A program made the translations under genes and the position numbers. Under the pieces are notes generated by a model that did no database searches, had not been told where the DNA came from, and saw only the letters and a program-made list of their open reading frames with translations. Below are positions 7,179 through 14,891 of a DNA stretch of 17,215 bases, one piece after another. Within the stretch, counting starts at the first letter, position 1. Each line of letters starts with the position of its first letter. This stretch comes from Candidatus Thorarchaeota archaeon (lineage in GTDB: Archaea; Asgardarchaeota; Thorarchaeia; Thorarchaeales; Thorarchaeaceae), in assembly GCA_016840855.1 (NCBI GenBank), contig JAEORO010000178.1, positions 1-17,215 on the forward strand. The letters run 5' to 3'.

Positions 7179-8108
7179 CTAGATTGCCATGAGATAGAAC
7201 ATGAAAATGAACAAGTCTGGTAAGAAGTGGATTATCCACGCCCAAAAGAAGCCCTTTGTTTCAAGCAGACTTTTGCCTAGGAACCACCCAAGGAATGCAG
7301 AGAGAAGTACACCTAGTACTCCATTGGGCACTCCATAGTAATGACCAAGTCCAAAGTAGACTGTTGTAATCATGAGTGCTTGTTGCTTACCAATCTTCTC
7401 CCAGAGAACAGATAGAGGAGCAGCGCGTAATGTGAACTCTTCGTTGAATGAATTCATAGTCGCAATTATGGCTGCAATTGGAATGATTGTTAGAATATCG
7501 AGTGTTGGGTCTTCAGGTAACCCCCACGCACCAATCAGAAAAACCAAGGTGAACACAGTGAAGATGATTGCAAAGATTGAACCAATCCTCGTCCATGGTT
7601 CAGGTTTCTTCATTCCAAGCAATCTCGATGGTTCAACAGGTGCTCTAATATCTCCTTTTCTAAGAAAGAAGTCGGATCTCCTCAAGCCCATTGCAAGAAG
7701 TAGAACAATGACGACAAATGCAGGTGCAAGTCTGAGAACATGTATCATAATCTCAGAAACCGGAATAGGAAGAGTTCCAGTCCAATCTGTCCAAAATGAG
7801 CTAGATCTGAAATATGGAATTAAGCCAAAATTCCAGGCGCCACCATACCCAAGTAGGAAAATTGTAAGGAGAATGAGCACAAAATTACGGAGTAGTTTGA
7901 GGTCGTCTATCACCAGTGTTGAAACAAGAATCACAACTAACCCCAGAACATGAATCCAAGGCCACCAGATCGGTTCAGCAGATGCTAATTCTCTCCACAA
8001 GATTATTGCCAGGTTACTTGTCAACAGGACTGCTGCCCAAGCCACAACAAGAACCATTTTTTCCTGATTATCTGGTGACTCGTCCAAGGATTGTTTTGAT
8101 TCCTCCAA
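7179..8108 (-). CDS. CPBP family intramembrane protease (divergent subtype)
   Basis: Multi-TM protein with NEEFTLRA, YFGLGHY and IHFLPD motifs. TTG start with GTGAG upstream. Confidence 0.88.
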   Translation of the reverse strand: MEESKQSLDESPDNQEKMVLVVAWAAVLLTSNLAIILWRELASAEPIWWPWIHVLGLVVILVSTLVIDDLKLLRNFVLILLTIFLLGYGGAWNFGLIPYFRSSSFWTDWTGTLPIPVSEIMIHVLRLAPAFVVIVLLLAMGLRRSDFFLRKGDIRAPVEPSRLLGMKKPEPWTRIGSIFAIIFTVFTLVFLIGAWGLPEDPTLDILTIIPIAAIIATMNSFNEEFTLRAAPLSVLWEKIGKQQALMITTVYFGLGHYYGVPNGVLGVLLSAFLGWFLGKSLLETKGFFWAWIIHFLPDLFIFMFYLMAI

Positions 8109-8285
8109 TCATTCTCACTTGATCACGTGCGAACTAAAGGTAGTATATTTCTTTTTGGATGAACATCGTGTAGTTGCTATCAATATCTACCCTGATTACT
8201 GAGTAACGCCAATTTTGTCAATGAATTAACCTTATTACTTGGACAAGTTGAAATGCGCTTCACTTTTCCAAAGGAGTAAAAAATA

Positions 8286-9119
8286 GTGAAGGAGTTCGGC
8301 GCGAAGCATCAACTCGCTTTATTCTTTGTACTTACATTATTTCTTGGATGGTTTTGGTGGGTGCAGATGGTCCTAAACCTCTGGCCTCAAGAGTACATCA
8401 TCGTTCCCTCCTCACTTGGAGGTCTCTCACCTATTCTCACCCTTGTTATTCTCCAGAAATTGTCATCACAAAAAGTTGACTTGGATGGTATTGTAAAAAC
8501 TGCTCAAGTCGGTAGAACGCATTTACTCTGGCTTGTCATAGGTGCCTTTCTTCTACCAATCATTTTCACCATTGGGAACCTACTAAATTATGCGTTGGGA
8601 TTCGATACCCAATTAATTCTTCTCAACCCAGGTCCTGACGAGCTCGGTTGGGCTTTACTTGCAATTGTTCCTCTCACCTTCTTTCCAGGTCTCATCACAA
8701 GTCCACTATTCGAAGAACCCGGTTGGCGTGGATTCGCCCTTCCCAAGCTTCAGGCGAAGTTTGGGCGTGAGATAGGAAGTCTTCTTGTAGGCTCATACTG
8801 GTGGCTGTGGCATCAAATGTCCAACATCTCATTTGGTTTATATCCCACTATCCTTGGTTATTTCTCAATGCTGGGTCAATCTTTTGCGATAGACTCGATG
8901 TTTAATCTCTCTCGCAGAAACTTGCTTGTTGCGATGTTCGCACACCAGTCATTGTTCATCACATTTACATACCTCTATCGCAGCTCTAGCTGCCCCTCCA
9001 TAATGGTCGTTGTTGCATTGATCTGGATCTTTGTCGCTCTGCTTCGTTATCGCGAGTGGAAACTTGGCCTACCATATAGCCTGAGTTCTAATGAACCACT
9101 GGAAAAACCAATAGAATAA
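8286..9119 (+). CDS. CPBP family intramembrane protease
   Basis: Multi-TM protein with EEPGWRGFALPKLQ, WWLWH and AMFAHQS motifs. AAGGAG RBS before the GTG start. Confidence 0.92.
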   Translation: MKEFGAKHQLALFFVLTLFLGWFWWVQMVLNLWPQEYIIVPSSLGGLSPILTLVILQKLSSQKVDLDGIVKTAQVGRTHLLWLVIGAFLLPIIFTIGNLLNYALGFDTQLILLNPGPDELGWALLAIVPLTFFPGLITSPLFEEPGWRGFALPKLQAKFGREIGSLLVGSYWWLWHQMSNISFGLYPTILGYFSMLGQSFAIDSMFNLSRRNLLVAMFAHQSLFITFTYLYRSSSCPSIMVVVALIWIFVALLRYREWKLGLPYSLSSNEPLEKPIE

Positions 9120-9251
9120 TACCCACAATCATAATTTATTCGTGGCATGGTTCAAATTGCCTCTAAACGACACAGAACGCACTATATTGACAATGTAAAA
9201 GAATAAAACAAAATGTTACACTAGTTTTTGCTAAGTTGGCGATTGCTAATT

Positions 9252-9632
9252 ATGAATGTAAGTAAAACGAATCAACCAAACAAAACAGTCCCACTGCAAG
9301 AGATGTTCTCTCATCTGGGACGTCCTTGTACAGTCCCTCTCATTTTTGCGCTTGGTGAGCGCTCCTACAATACTGACATTCACGAGCTACGAAACAGTGT
9401 TGGCATGAGCGAGGGCAAGAGATTGAGCGAAGCCACAATTTCAAAATGCCTTTCGAATCTCACAGAGATTGGTCTCGTTGAGGGTACTGTGCATGCACAC
9501 TCACCTTTGAAGGCAGAATATTGTCTGACTTCGAAGGGTCAACAGCTATACCGACATCTGCTTCAAATACGCTTGTTAACAGAGCGACTCTCATTGGAAC
9601 AAGACTATATTGACAGCATCTCAGCTTGCTAA
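9252..9632 (+). CDS. Winged-helix transcriptional regulator, HxlR-like
   Basis: LG.P.T..LIFAL....ELR......LS..TISKCL..L.E.GLV..TV....P.KAEY.LT.KG..L is the HxlR/MarR-type wHTH pattern. ATG 9252 is preferred over TTG 9228. Confidence 0.85.
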   Translation: MNVSKTNQPNKTVPLQEMFSHLGRPCTVPLIFALGERSYNTDIHELRNSVGMSEGKRLSEATISKCLSNLTEIGLVEGTVHAHSPLKAEYCLTSKGQQLYRHLLQIRLLTERLSLEQDYIDSISAC

Positions 9633-9640
9633 GTTTTATT

Positions 9641-9681
9641 GGATGGGACCAGGGTTCACAATGAGCCCTGTATCATCCTTT
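9641..9681 (+). terminator. Stem-loop immediately after the regulator stop codon; possible terminator or processing structure
   Basis: GGATG-GGAC-CAGGGTTCA-CAA-TGAGCCCTG-TAT-CATCC-TTT: a 9-bp upper stem (one G-U), an internal loop and a 5-bp lower stem. Confidence 0.4.
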
Positions 9682-9723
9682 AAGCCTGAACAGTTTTATT
9701 GAGGTCCTGCACTGCTCAGACCA

Positions 9724-10479
9724 ATGAGCCGCGAGATGTCGAACAAGTCCATTGATTATGATAGAGTATCGAAGGTCTACGATAATGTTAGAGTTGGAGA
9801 CCCTGAAATGGTCTACCAGATTTTGCAAGGAATCAATCTCACAAGAAAGTCATTAGTTCTTGATGTTGGATGTGGTACAGGGAACAACACTTTGCTCTTC
9901 TCAGAAGCTACGCCAGCCAGAATAATTGGTCTTGACATCTCATTTGGAATGCTGGAAAAGGCGCACGAAAAGACGAAACGCGTGCCAATGGTCCAATCAC
10001 CTGCAGATGTGCTCCCGTTCTCTACAGAAACCTTCCATTTTGTATTCATGACTGAAGTCATACATCATCTACCTAGTCCACAGATAGCAATAGAAGAAAT
10101 CTTCAGAGTTCTCCGTTCAGAAGGGTCATTATGTATAGTCACACAGTCGCACAAACAAATTGACGGTCGAATAACATCGCGATTCTTTCCAGCCTCAGCC
10201 AACGTAGACAAGGAACGTTACCCGGATATTGATGTTATTGAGGAAATTATGAGTCGCACAGAATTCATCAAAGTGAGTCACAAAGAATACCAGTTCAAAC
10301 CAATAACACTTGGTGAAGAATACCTCCAAACCGTGGAAAATCGTGGTTATTCTATGCTTCATAAAATTAGTCGCGAAGCCTATGAACAAGGTCTTCAAGA
10401 CTTAAGGGCTGCTTTTGCAGGTGGTGAAGAACTGATCTATTCAGCAGGATACACCTTTGTATGGGCAAGTAAAGAGTAA
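9724..10479 (+). CDS. Class I SAM-dependent methyltransferase (Methyltransf_11 type)
   Basis: VLDVGCGTG (motif I), GLDISFGML, ADVLPF..ETFHFV, VIHHL and EIFRVLR.EG. Confidence 0.93.
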   Translation: MSREMSNKSIDYDRVSKVYDNVRVGDPEMVYQILQGINLTRKSLVLDVGCGTGNNTLLFSEATPARIIGLDISFGMLEKAHEKTKRVPMVQSPADVLPFSTETFHFVFMTEVIHHLPSPQIAIEEIFRVLRSEGSLCIVTQSHKQIDGRITSRFFPASANVDKERYPDIDVIEEIMSRTEFIKVSHKEYQFKPITLGEEYLQTVENRGYSMLHKISREAYEQGLQDLRAAFAGGEELIYSAGYTFVWASKE

Positions 10480-10482
10480 TAT

Positions 10483-10830
10483 CTATTCCACAACAATCTC
10501 TACCGTGCACTCACTCTCCAAGGTTCCCCTGAAGATCTTGCTGACTGTTAGTTTCGTCGTTCCAGTCCCAACTGCTTTGAAAAACCATGTGCCCTTTTCT
10601 GCATCTCCACCTGTCCAGCCGGGATATTTCATTTTCTCTGGATATAGATACTCGGTTTCGGTACGGACATGTCTGAGAATTGACTCATCTCCAATTTCAA
10701 ACTCCATATTTTCTCCAACAGAACCATGACGATGAAACTCAAAGGAAACCACCGTATCCAAACCGATTCTCACACTATCTCCATCCCTATGACATTCAAT
10801 CCTCCTGACTTCTTTCTCATCTGGTTTCAT
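10483..10830 (-). CDS. Chagasin-like (peptidase inhibitor I42-like) Ig-fold protein
   Basis: 115 aa, all-beta pattern. PGWTGGD...TWFFKAVGTGTTKLTV...R....TVEIVVE parallels the I42 C-terminal half. HGSVG sits where NPTTG normally does. GGTGA RBS. Confidence 0.6.
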   Translation of the reverse strand: MKPDEKEVRRIECHRDGDSVRIGLDTVVSFEFHRHGSVGENMEFEIGDESILRHVRTETEYLYPEKMKYPGWTGGDAEKGTWFFKAVGTGTTKLTVSKIFRGTLESECTVEIVVE

Positions 10831-10838
10831 ACTATCAC

Positions 10839-11597
10839 CTACTCGCCAAGTTGTTGAGCTATTGATTTTCTCCCCTTTATACCTCTGTAAACAACGATCG
10901 CTATTACCATTACAGTTGCTCCGCTCAAAGCAATGATCAAAAGAGTCGTTGTTTGGAAGCCACCCTCTACAATCGTCGGCATTCCGGGATACCAGTGAAC
11001 AAAAATAATGTCGATTAAATCATTCCCAAAGGTGGTATATCTGTGCCTGAGATAACTGAGTGTGCCATTCTCCCTCTCATATCGCATCTCGACCTGTACT
11101 GTGACTTCACCCCCTCCAACAGATGGCATGATACCTGTCCCAAGAGTGCCCCATTCATCCTCCGTTTCAATCAATGTGAGACCTTCAGTTTCCGTGATGT
11201 TTTCAATTTCTGCAAGAAACTCCCAATCACCAACTGGTATTACTAAGCCCGTCAGGTCTGACTGAATGACTTCGGAGTCATTACTTCTCATAAGACTGCA
11301 AAAGGACCGAGGGAGTTGTTCAGACTCGTTAATTAGAGTTTCAATAGGATCAAGATGGTCAATCCTTAGAATGACCTTTTCACCCGGTACCAATCCAGCA
11401 AGGAAAGGCAGTTGAGCTTCTATGAATGCCCTATTGTAGTCATCTTCGTAGAACGATCTCTGCAGAACATATGTGAACTCCTCGTCTGGCGCTACTCCCC
11501 ATTGAAGTGAGTTATTTGGTTGAGCAAACACTAGACTGGTCAATGGTGTGAAGAGAATTGCCATGAATAGAACCGACGCAAGGAGTCTGGATTTCAT
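10839..11597 (-). CDS. Uncharacterised secreted protein with C-terminal TM anchor
   Basis: Signal peptide MKSRLLASVLFMAILF...FA, then LQWGV..EFTY, an acidic ectodomain, the TM helix LLIIALSGATVMVIAIVVY and a basic tail. ORF open to TTG 11606. Confidence 0.8.
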   Translation of the reverse strand: MKSRLLASVLFMAILFTPLTSLVFAQPNNSLQWGVAPDEEFTYVLQRSFYEDDYNRAFIEAQLPFLAGLVPGEKVILRIDHLDPIETLINESEQLPRSFCSLMRSNDSEVIQSDLTGLVIPVGDWEFLAEIENITETEGLTLIETEDEWGTLGTGIMPSVGGGEVTVQVEMRYERENGTLSYLRHRYTTFGNDLIDIIFVHWYPGMPTIVEGGFQTTTLLIIALSGATVMVIAIVVYRGIKGRKSIAQQLGE

Positions 11598-11652
11598 CTC
11601 AATCAACTAGTCTACTTTTTGATGTAATGAAGGTATTCATACCTGAAGAAAA

Positions 11653-12384
11653 TCAGAGCACCTCAAGCAGGTCTGCAATATGCTCAATCACGATTGTATC
11701 AGAAGATACCTTCTCCTCTTCCTGAGGGTCGCACCATGTCAACAGAATTGGAATCATCCCTGCGTTTGTAGCGGCTACTATGTCTTGTTCAACAATGTTG
11801 CCGACATACACACATCTGTGAGGATTAGTACCAAAAGTTGCTGCGACTCGAATCAGCATATAGGGTGAAGGTTTTCGATACCCGGGCACATTGGTATACT
11901 CGATCGCATCAAATAACTGTAGTATTCCAGAGTCTTCAAGCACAAGTGCGGGGTCTGTAAATCTGTTTGAGGCTATTCCTAGCTTGAACCCTTGGAATTT
12001 CAATTCTTCTAGAGTCTTTTTGCAGTCCTCCATGAGTTCATGACTTGCTATCTCATGGAAATTGTCCCATTCCAACTGATACGCTAGAACGATATCCTCA
12101 CGGTCTTTCACTCCTAGTGATGCTAGGAGTATGCGATCATACTCTACCCAGTGTTTATGCTCTGGTTTCCAATGGACATCAACATCATTTTCTATCATGT
12201 AGTTGGTCAACCATTCGTGTGGTTCCTCGATGGCCGCCACAATATCTTCATCTGAAAACCCTTTTGTGTTTCCTATTCCAATACCATTCAAGAAATCTCG
12301 TGTTAGCCCACACATATCTGAAACAGGTCTATAGAGAGTTCCTCCAAGATCGAAGATTATACCAGTGATATGATCCAATTTCAT
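11653..12384 (-). CDS. HAD-superfamily hydrolase (subfamily IA-like)
   Basis: IIFDLGGTLY (motif I), LGIASN (II), RKPSP (III) and YVGNIVEQDIVAA (IV). Confidence 0.92.
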   Translation of the reverse strand: MKLDHITGIIFDLGGTLYRPVSDMCGLTRDFLNGIGIGNTKGFSDEDIVAAIEEPHEWLTNYMIENDVDVHWKPEHKHWVEYDRILLASLGVKDREDIVLAYQLEWDNFHEIASHELMEDCKKTLEELKFQGFKLGIASNRFTDPALVLEDSGILQLFDAIEYTNVPGYRKPSPYMLIRVAATFGTNPHRCVYVGNIVEQDIVAATNAGMIPILLTWCDPQEEEKVSSDTIVIEHIADLLEVL

Positions 12385-12488
12385 GGCTTCAATACATCAG
12401 ACAAATATACACTTGTATCCATCGCAATGTACTATGTCATGCATCTCAACTCTTTTCAATGACTTATCATGTGAATGCATGATGAACT

Positions 12489-13640
12489 ATGGAATCTGTT
12501 GATGCATCCTTACGGGCTGTAGACAAGCATCTAAAGGCTAATCCAGATGATGCCTCCGCATGGAATGCAAAAGGGGTCTTTCACGCGCAAAAACACGAGT
12601 TTGGTGAAGCTCTCAGGAGTCTTGATAGAGCACTTCAAATAGCCCCCAACTTGGCTTCAGCTCATACCAACCGTGGTCGAGTCTTGCTTGCTCTAGGTCC
12701 TGAGAAAGCGAATGATGCACTGCACTCTTTTGAAACAGCATTGAAGTTGGTTCCTGATGATGTCCAGATTTTGCATGACAAAGCTTCAGCTCTTCATGCG
12801 TTGGGACACACAGCTGAGGAACTAGTATGTGTGAAACGGATTAGTGAGATTGTAAAGAATGAATGGGGAGTATGGGTCCGTATCGGTGACATCGAACTGG
12901 AACTTGGTCAGTTCGAATCTGCCATCAAGAGTTATGATACAGCACTTGAACTAAAGAATGATTTAGTCCCAGCATATGTTCGGAGAGCAATTGCCTTTGG
13001 AATGCTCAAGCGATTTAAAGAGGCAATAAAATCTGCAGAAACTGCAACCAAGCTCGATCCAGAAAACGCAGAAGCTTGGCTTATTCGTGGCGATGTCTAC
13101 CTAAAAGATGGGCGAAATAACTCTGCAATGAAAGCTCTCAAAAAAGCTTCCGAGTTGGACCCTGAAGATGCTGCTGTAGAGAACACAATGGGAATGGTTG
13201 CATATAGAGATGGCAAGCTTCAGGATGCAGTGAAACACCTCAGAAGAGCCATCATTCGTAAGAAAGAATATCCTACAGCATTACGAAATCTCGGGTTAGT
13301 CCTCATGGAGCTTGAGGACTGGGCAGAAGCAGCCAAGACTCTAGAGATCTATGCATCCTATGTGAAAGATGATGCTGATATGCATGATGCAAAGGCAACA
13401 GCATATGCACGATTGGATGATTTCTGTTCTGCTTTCGAGAGTTGGGAGAAAGCTCGAAAACTGTACAAGAAAACAGGAAATGACTCTGAAGCAGAGAGAG
13501 TAACCGTCTTAGGACGTGTAGCCAGAATTAATTGCAATAGGCAGAAAAAAGCTATCAAAGAGCAGCGGGAACATGAAAAATCCTTGAGGCGATTCTCTGA
13601 CCGTCATGAGATGAGAAGAAAGAAAGAAAGTCGAAAGTGA
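12489..13640 (+). CDS. Tetratricopeptide-repeat protein
   Basis: About nine 34-aa repeats of the type AW..KG.......EAL....AL...P, followed by a highly basic helical C-terminal tail. Confidence 0.93.
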   Translation: MESVDASLRAVDKHLKANPDDASAWNAKGVFHAQKHEFGEALRSLDRALQIAPNLASAHTNRGRVLLALGPEKANDALHSFETALKLVPDDVQILHDKASALHALGHTAEELVCVKRISEIVKNEWGVWVRIGDIELELGQFESAIKSYDTALELKNDLVPAYVRRAIAFGMLKRFKEAIKSAETATKLDPENAEAWLIRGDVYLKDGRNNSAMKALKKASELDPEDAAVENTMGMVAYRDGKLQDAVKHLRRAIIRKKEYPTALRNLGLVLMELEDWAEAAKTLEIYASYVKDDADMHDAKATAYARLDDFCSAFESWEKARKLYKKTGNDSEAERVTVLGRVARINCNRQKKAIKEQREHEKSLRRFSDRHEMRRKKESRK

Positions 13641-13644
13641 TCAA

Positions 13645-13950
13645 TTAGATAGAGAATCCATAGGCTTCATCAGCCCCCTCAAAATCCCCCAATTTTGTAA
13701 GCACATCCCCAATTCTCTTCCATGCCTCTTTATGGAATGGGTCTAATTTGACCGTTGAACGATATGCCGCCGCAGCAGCTATATCAAATCCCTTCCATTC
13801 TAAAAGTCGTCCATAGAAAAACCAACCCTCTACATCATCTGGTCTTGTTAAAAGTAGCATACCCATCATATCCATGGCCAGCGTTGGGATGAATGGTACA
13901 GTAAGTGCCAAGAAGATTCCAACACCAAGTATTGCGAGTAGAGGCACCAT
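13645..13950 (-). CDS. Small membrane-anchored TPR protein
   Basis: Hydrophobic N-terminus followed by about two TPR units (PDDVEGWFFYG..., AY...VKLDP.HKEAWKRIGDVL.KLGD..GA.EAY). Confidence 0.8.
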   Translation of the reverse strand: MVPLLAILGVGIFLALTVPFIPTLAMDMMGMLLLTRPDDVEGWFFYGRLLEWKGFDIAAAAAYRSTVKLDPFHKEAWKRIGDVLTKLGDFEGADEAYGFSI

Positions 13951-13959
13951 GACATTATA

Positions 13960-14784
13960 CTATACTTTCAATCTCTTTTCTGCTTTGTCAAACAGCAGTG
14001 ATTTGAGAAAATGATCAATTCGAAATCGATACTCAGTGAGGCTGATATACCAAGGCCCCTCAAGCCCCAGTGCTTCCTGAATCTCCTCAATTGACTTTCC
14101 TTCTTCATGAAGGTTCAATGCGCTTTTCTGAATGTCCAGAATGAAATCGATTCTGGCTTGAATATGTTCGTTCGGGGATGGAACTGGTCCTTTGTGACCA
14201 TCAAAAAGTACATCGATGTCCATCTCAGCTATTCTCTGCATTGTTTTGACCATGAGAGGAATGTTTTCTTCTGGCATGGCAATGTATTTTCGAGTAGGTA
14301 GTGGGACTGCATCAGCTGAAAAGAGCCATTTCCTGTGAGGCTCATAAAATCCAACCATGTTTTGCCAGTGGCCGGGAAGAGGAATCACTTCAAACTCAAA
14401 ATCTCCTACAGAAAACCCTAAGGGTAACACTTCAACATCAACAAGAGGAGTTGGTTGTCCCCATACAAATTGAAAGAACTCAGGCAGTACTGGCGGGTCT
14501 TTTAGAATTTTGATGTCTGGCTCGCAGGCATATATTGTTGAGCGAGGTGAGAACGCAGAGCACCCACCATAGTGGTCTTCGTGTGGATGAGTGACATATA
14601 CTTCTTCAATCTCAGCTTTGTCTGCATATTTTTTCAGGTCATCTAGAGCATTTGGACAACCAGCATCGATTAGTATGTTTCCGATACGATATGCAATAGC
14701 CCACATAATTGGCTTTCCATCTTCCATTGCTGTTCCAGTCTTAACGAGAGTCACGTCCTCGTTATAGATTTCCACTTCAAACAT
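13960..14784 (-). CDS. Metallo-beta-lactamase-fold hydrolase
   Basis: LIDAG, THPHEDHYGG (HxHxDH), PGH, LFSAD and FDGH motifs. Confidence 0.93.
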   Translation of the reverse strand: MFEVEIYNEDVTLVKTGTAMEDGKPIMWAIAYRIGNILIDAGCPNALDDLKKYADKAEIEEVYVTHPHEDHYGGCSAFSPRSTIYACEPDIKILKDPPVLPEFFQFVWGQPTPLVDVEVLPLGFSVGDFEFEVIPLPGHWQNMVGFYEPHRKWLFSADAVPLPTRKYIAMPEENIPLMVKTMQRIAEMDIDVLFDGHKGPVPSPNEHIQARIDFILDIQKSALNLHEEGKSIEEIQEALGLEGPWYISLTEYRFRIDHFLKSLLFDKAEKRLKV

Positions 14785-14891
14785 ACAGCAGGTTGAAACA
14801 ATGCATAACTTGTGTTCTTCGGTTATAAGATGTCACGAATCTCCGACAATTGAGTAGAATAGTCAAAGCCAAACTTGCCATGTCTATAACT

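Noticed and set aside
7097-7181. The two minus-strand CPBP genes are in the same frame (possible readthrough fusion)
   Set aside because: Two stops (TAG and TGA) intervene, and the spacer has its own TATA-like sequence and a GGAGGTG RBS.
9181-9615. 12-bp direct repeat ACTATATTGACA at 9181-9192 and 9604-9615 around the HxlR-like gene
   Set aside because: One copy is inside the coding sequence, and an AT-rich 12-mer match at this distance is plausible by chance. No mobile-element features accompany it.
9641-9681. Hairpin considered as a SECIS element (ATGA present on the minus strand)
   Set aside because: No matching GA on the 3' arm, it is antisense to the flanking genes, and no gene with an in-frame TGA at a Cys position was found.
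12437-12482. Inverted repeat TCATGCAT...ATGCATGA in the HAD/TPR divergent spacer
   Set aside because: Short arms built on a self-palindromic ATGCAT with a 30-nt spacer; too weak to call.
13950-13962. MBL hydrolase TAG is in frame with the TM-TPR ATG three codons later (possible pyrrolysine fusion)
   Set aside because: In-frame spacing has a 1-in-3 chance, both proteins look complete, and TAG is used as an ordinary stop by at least six genes here.
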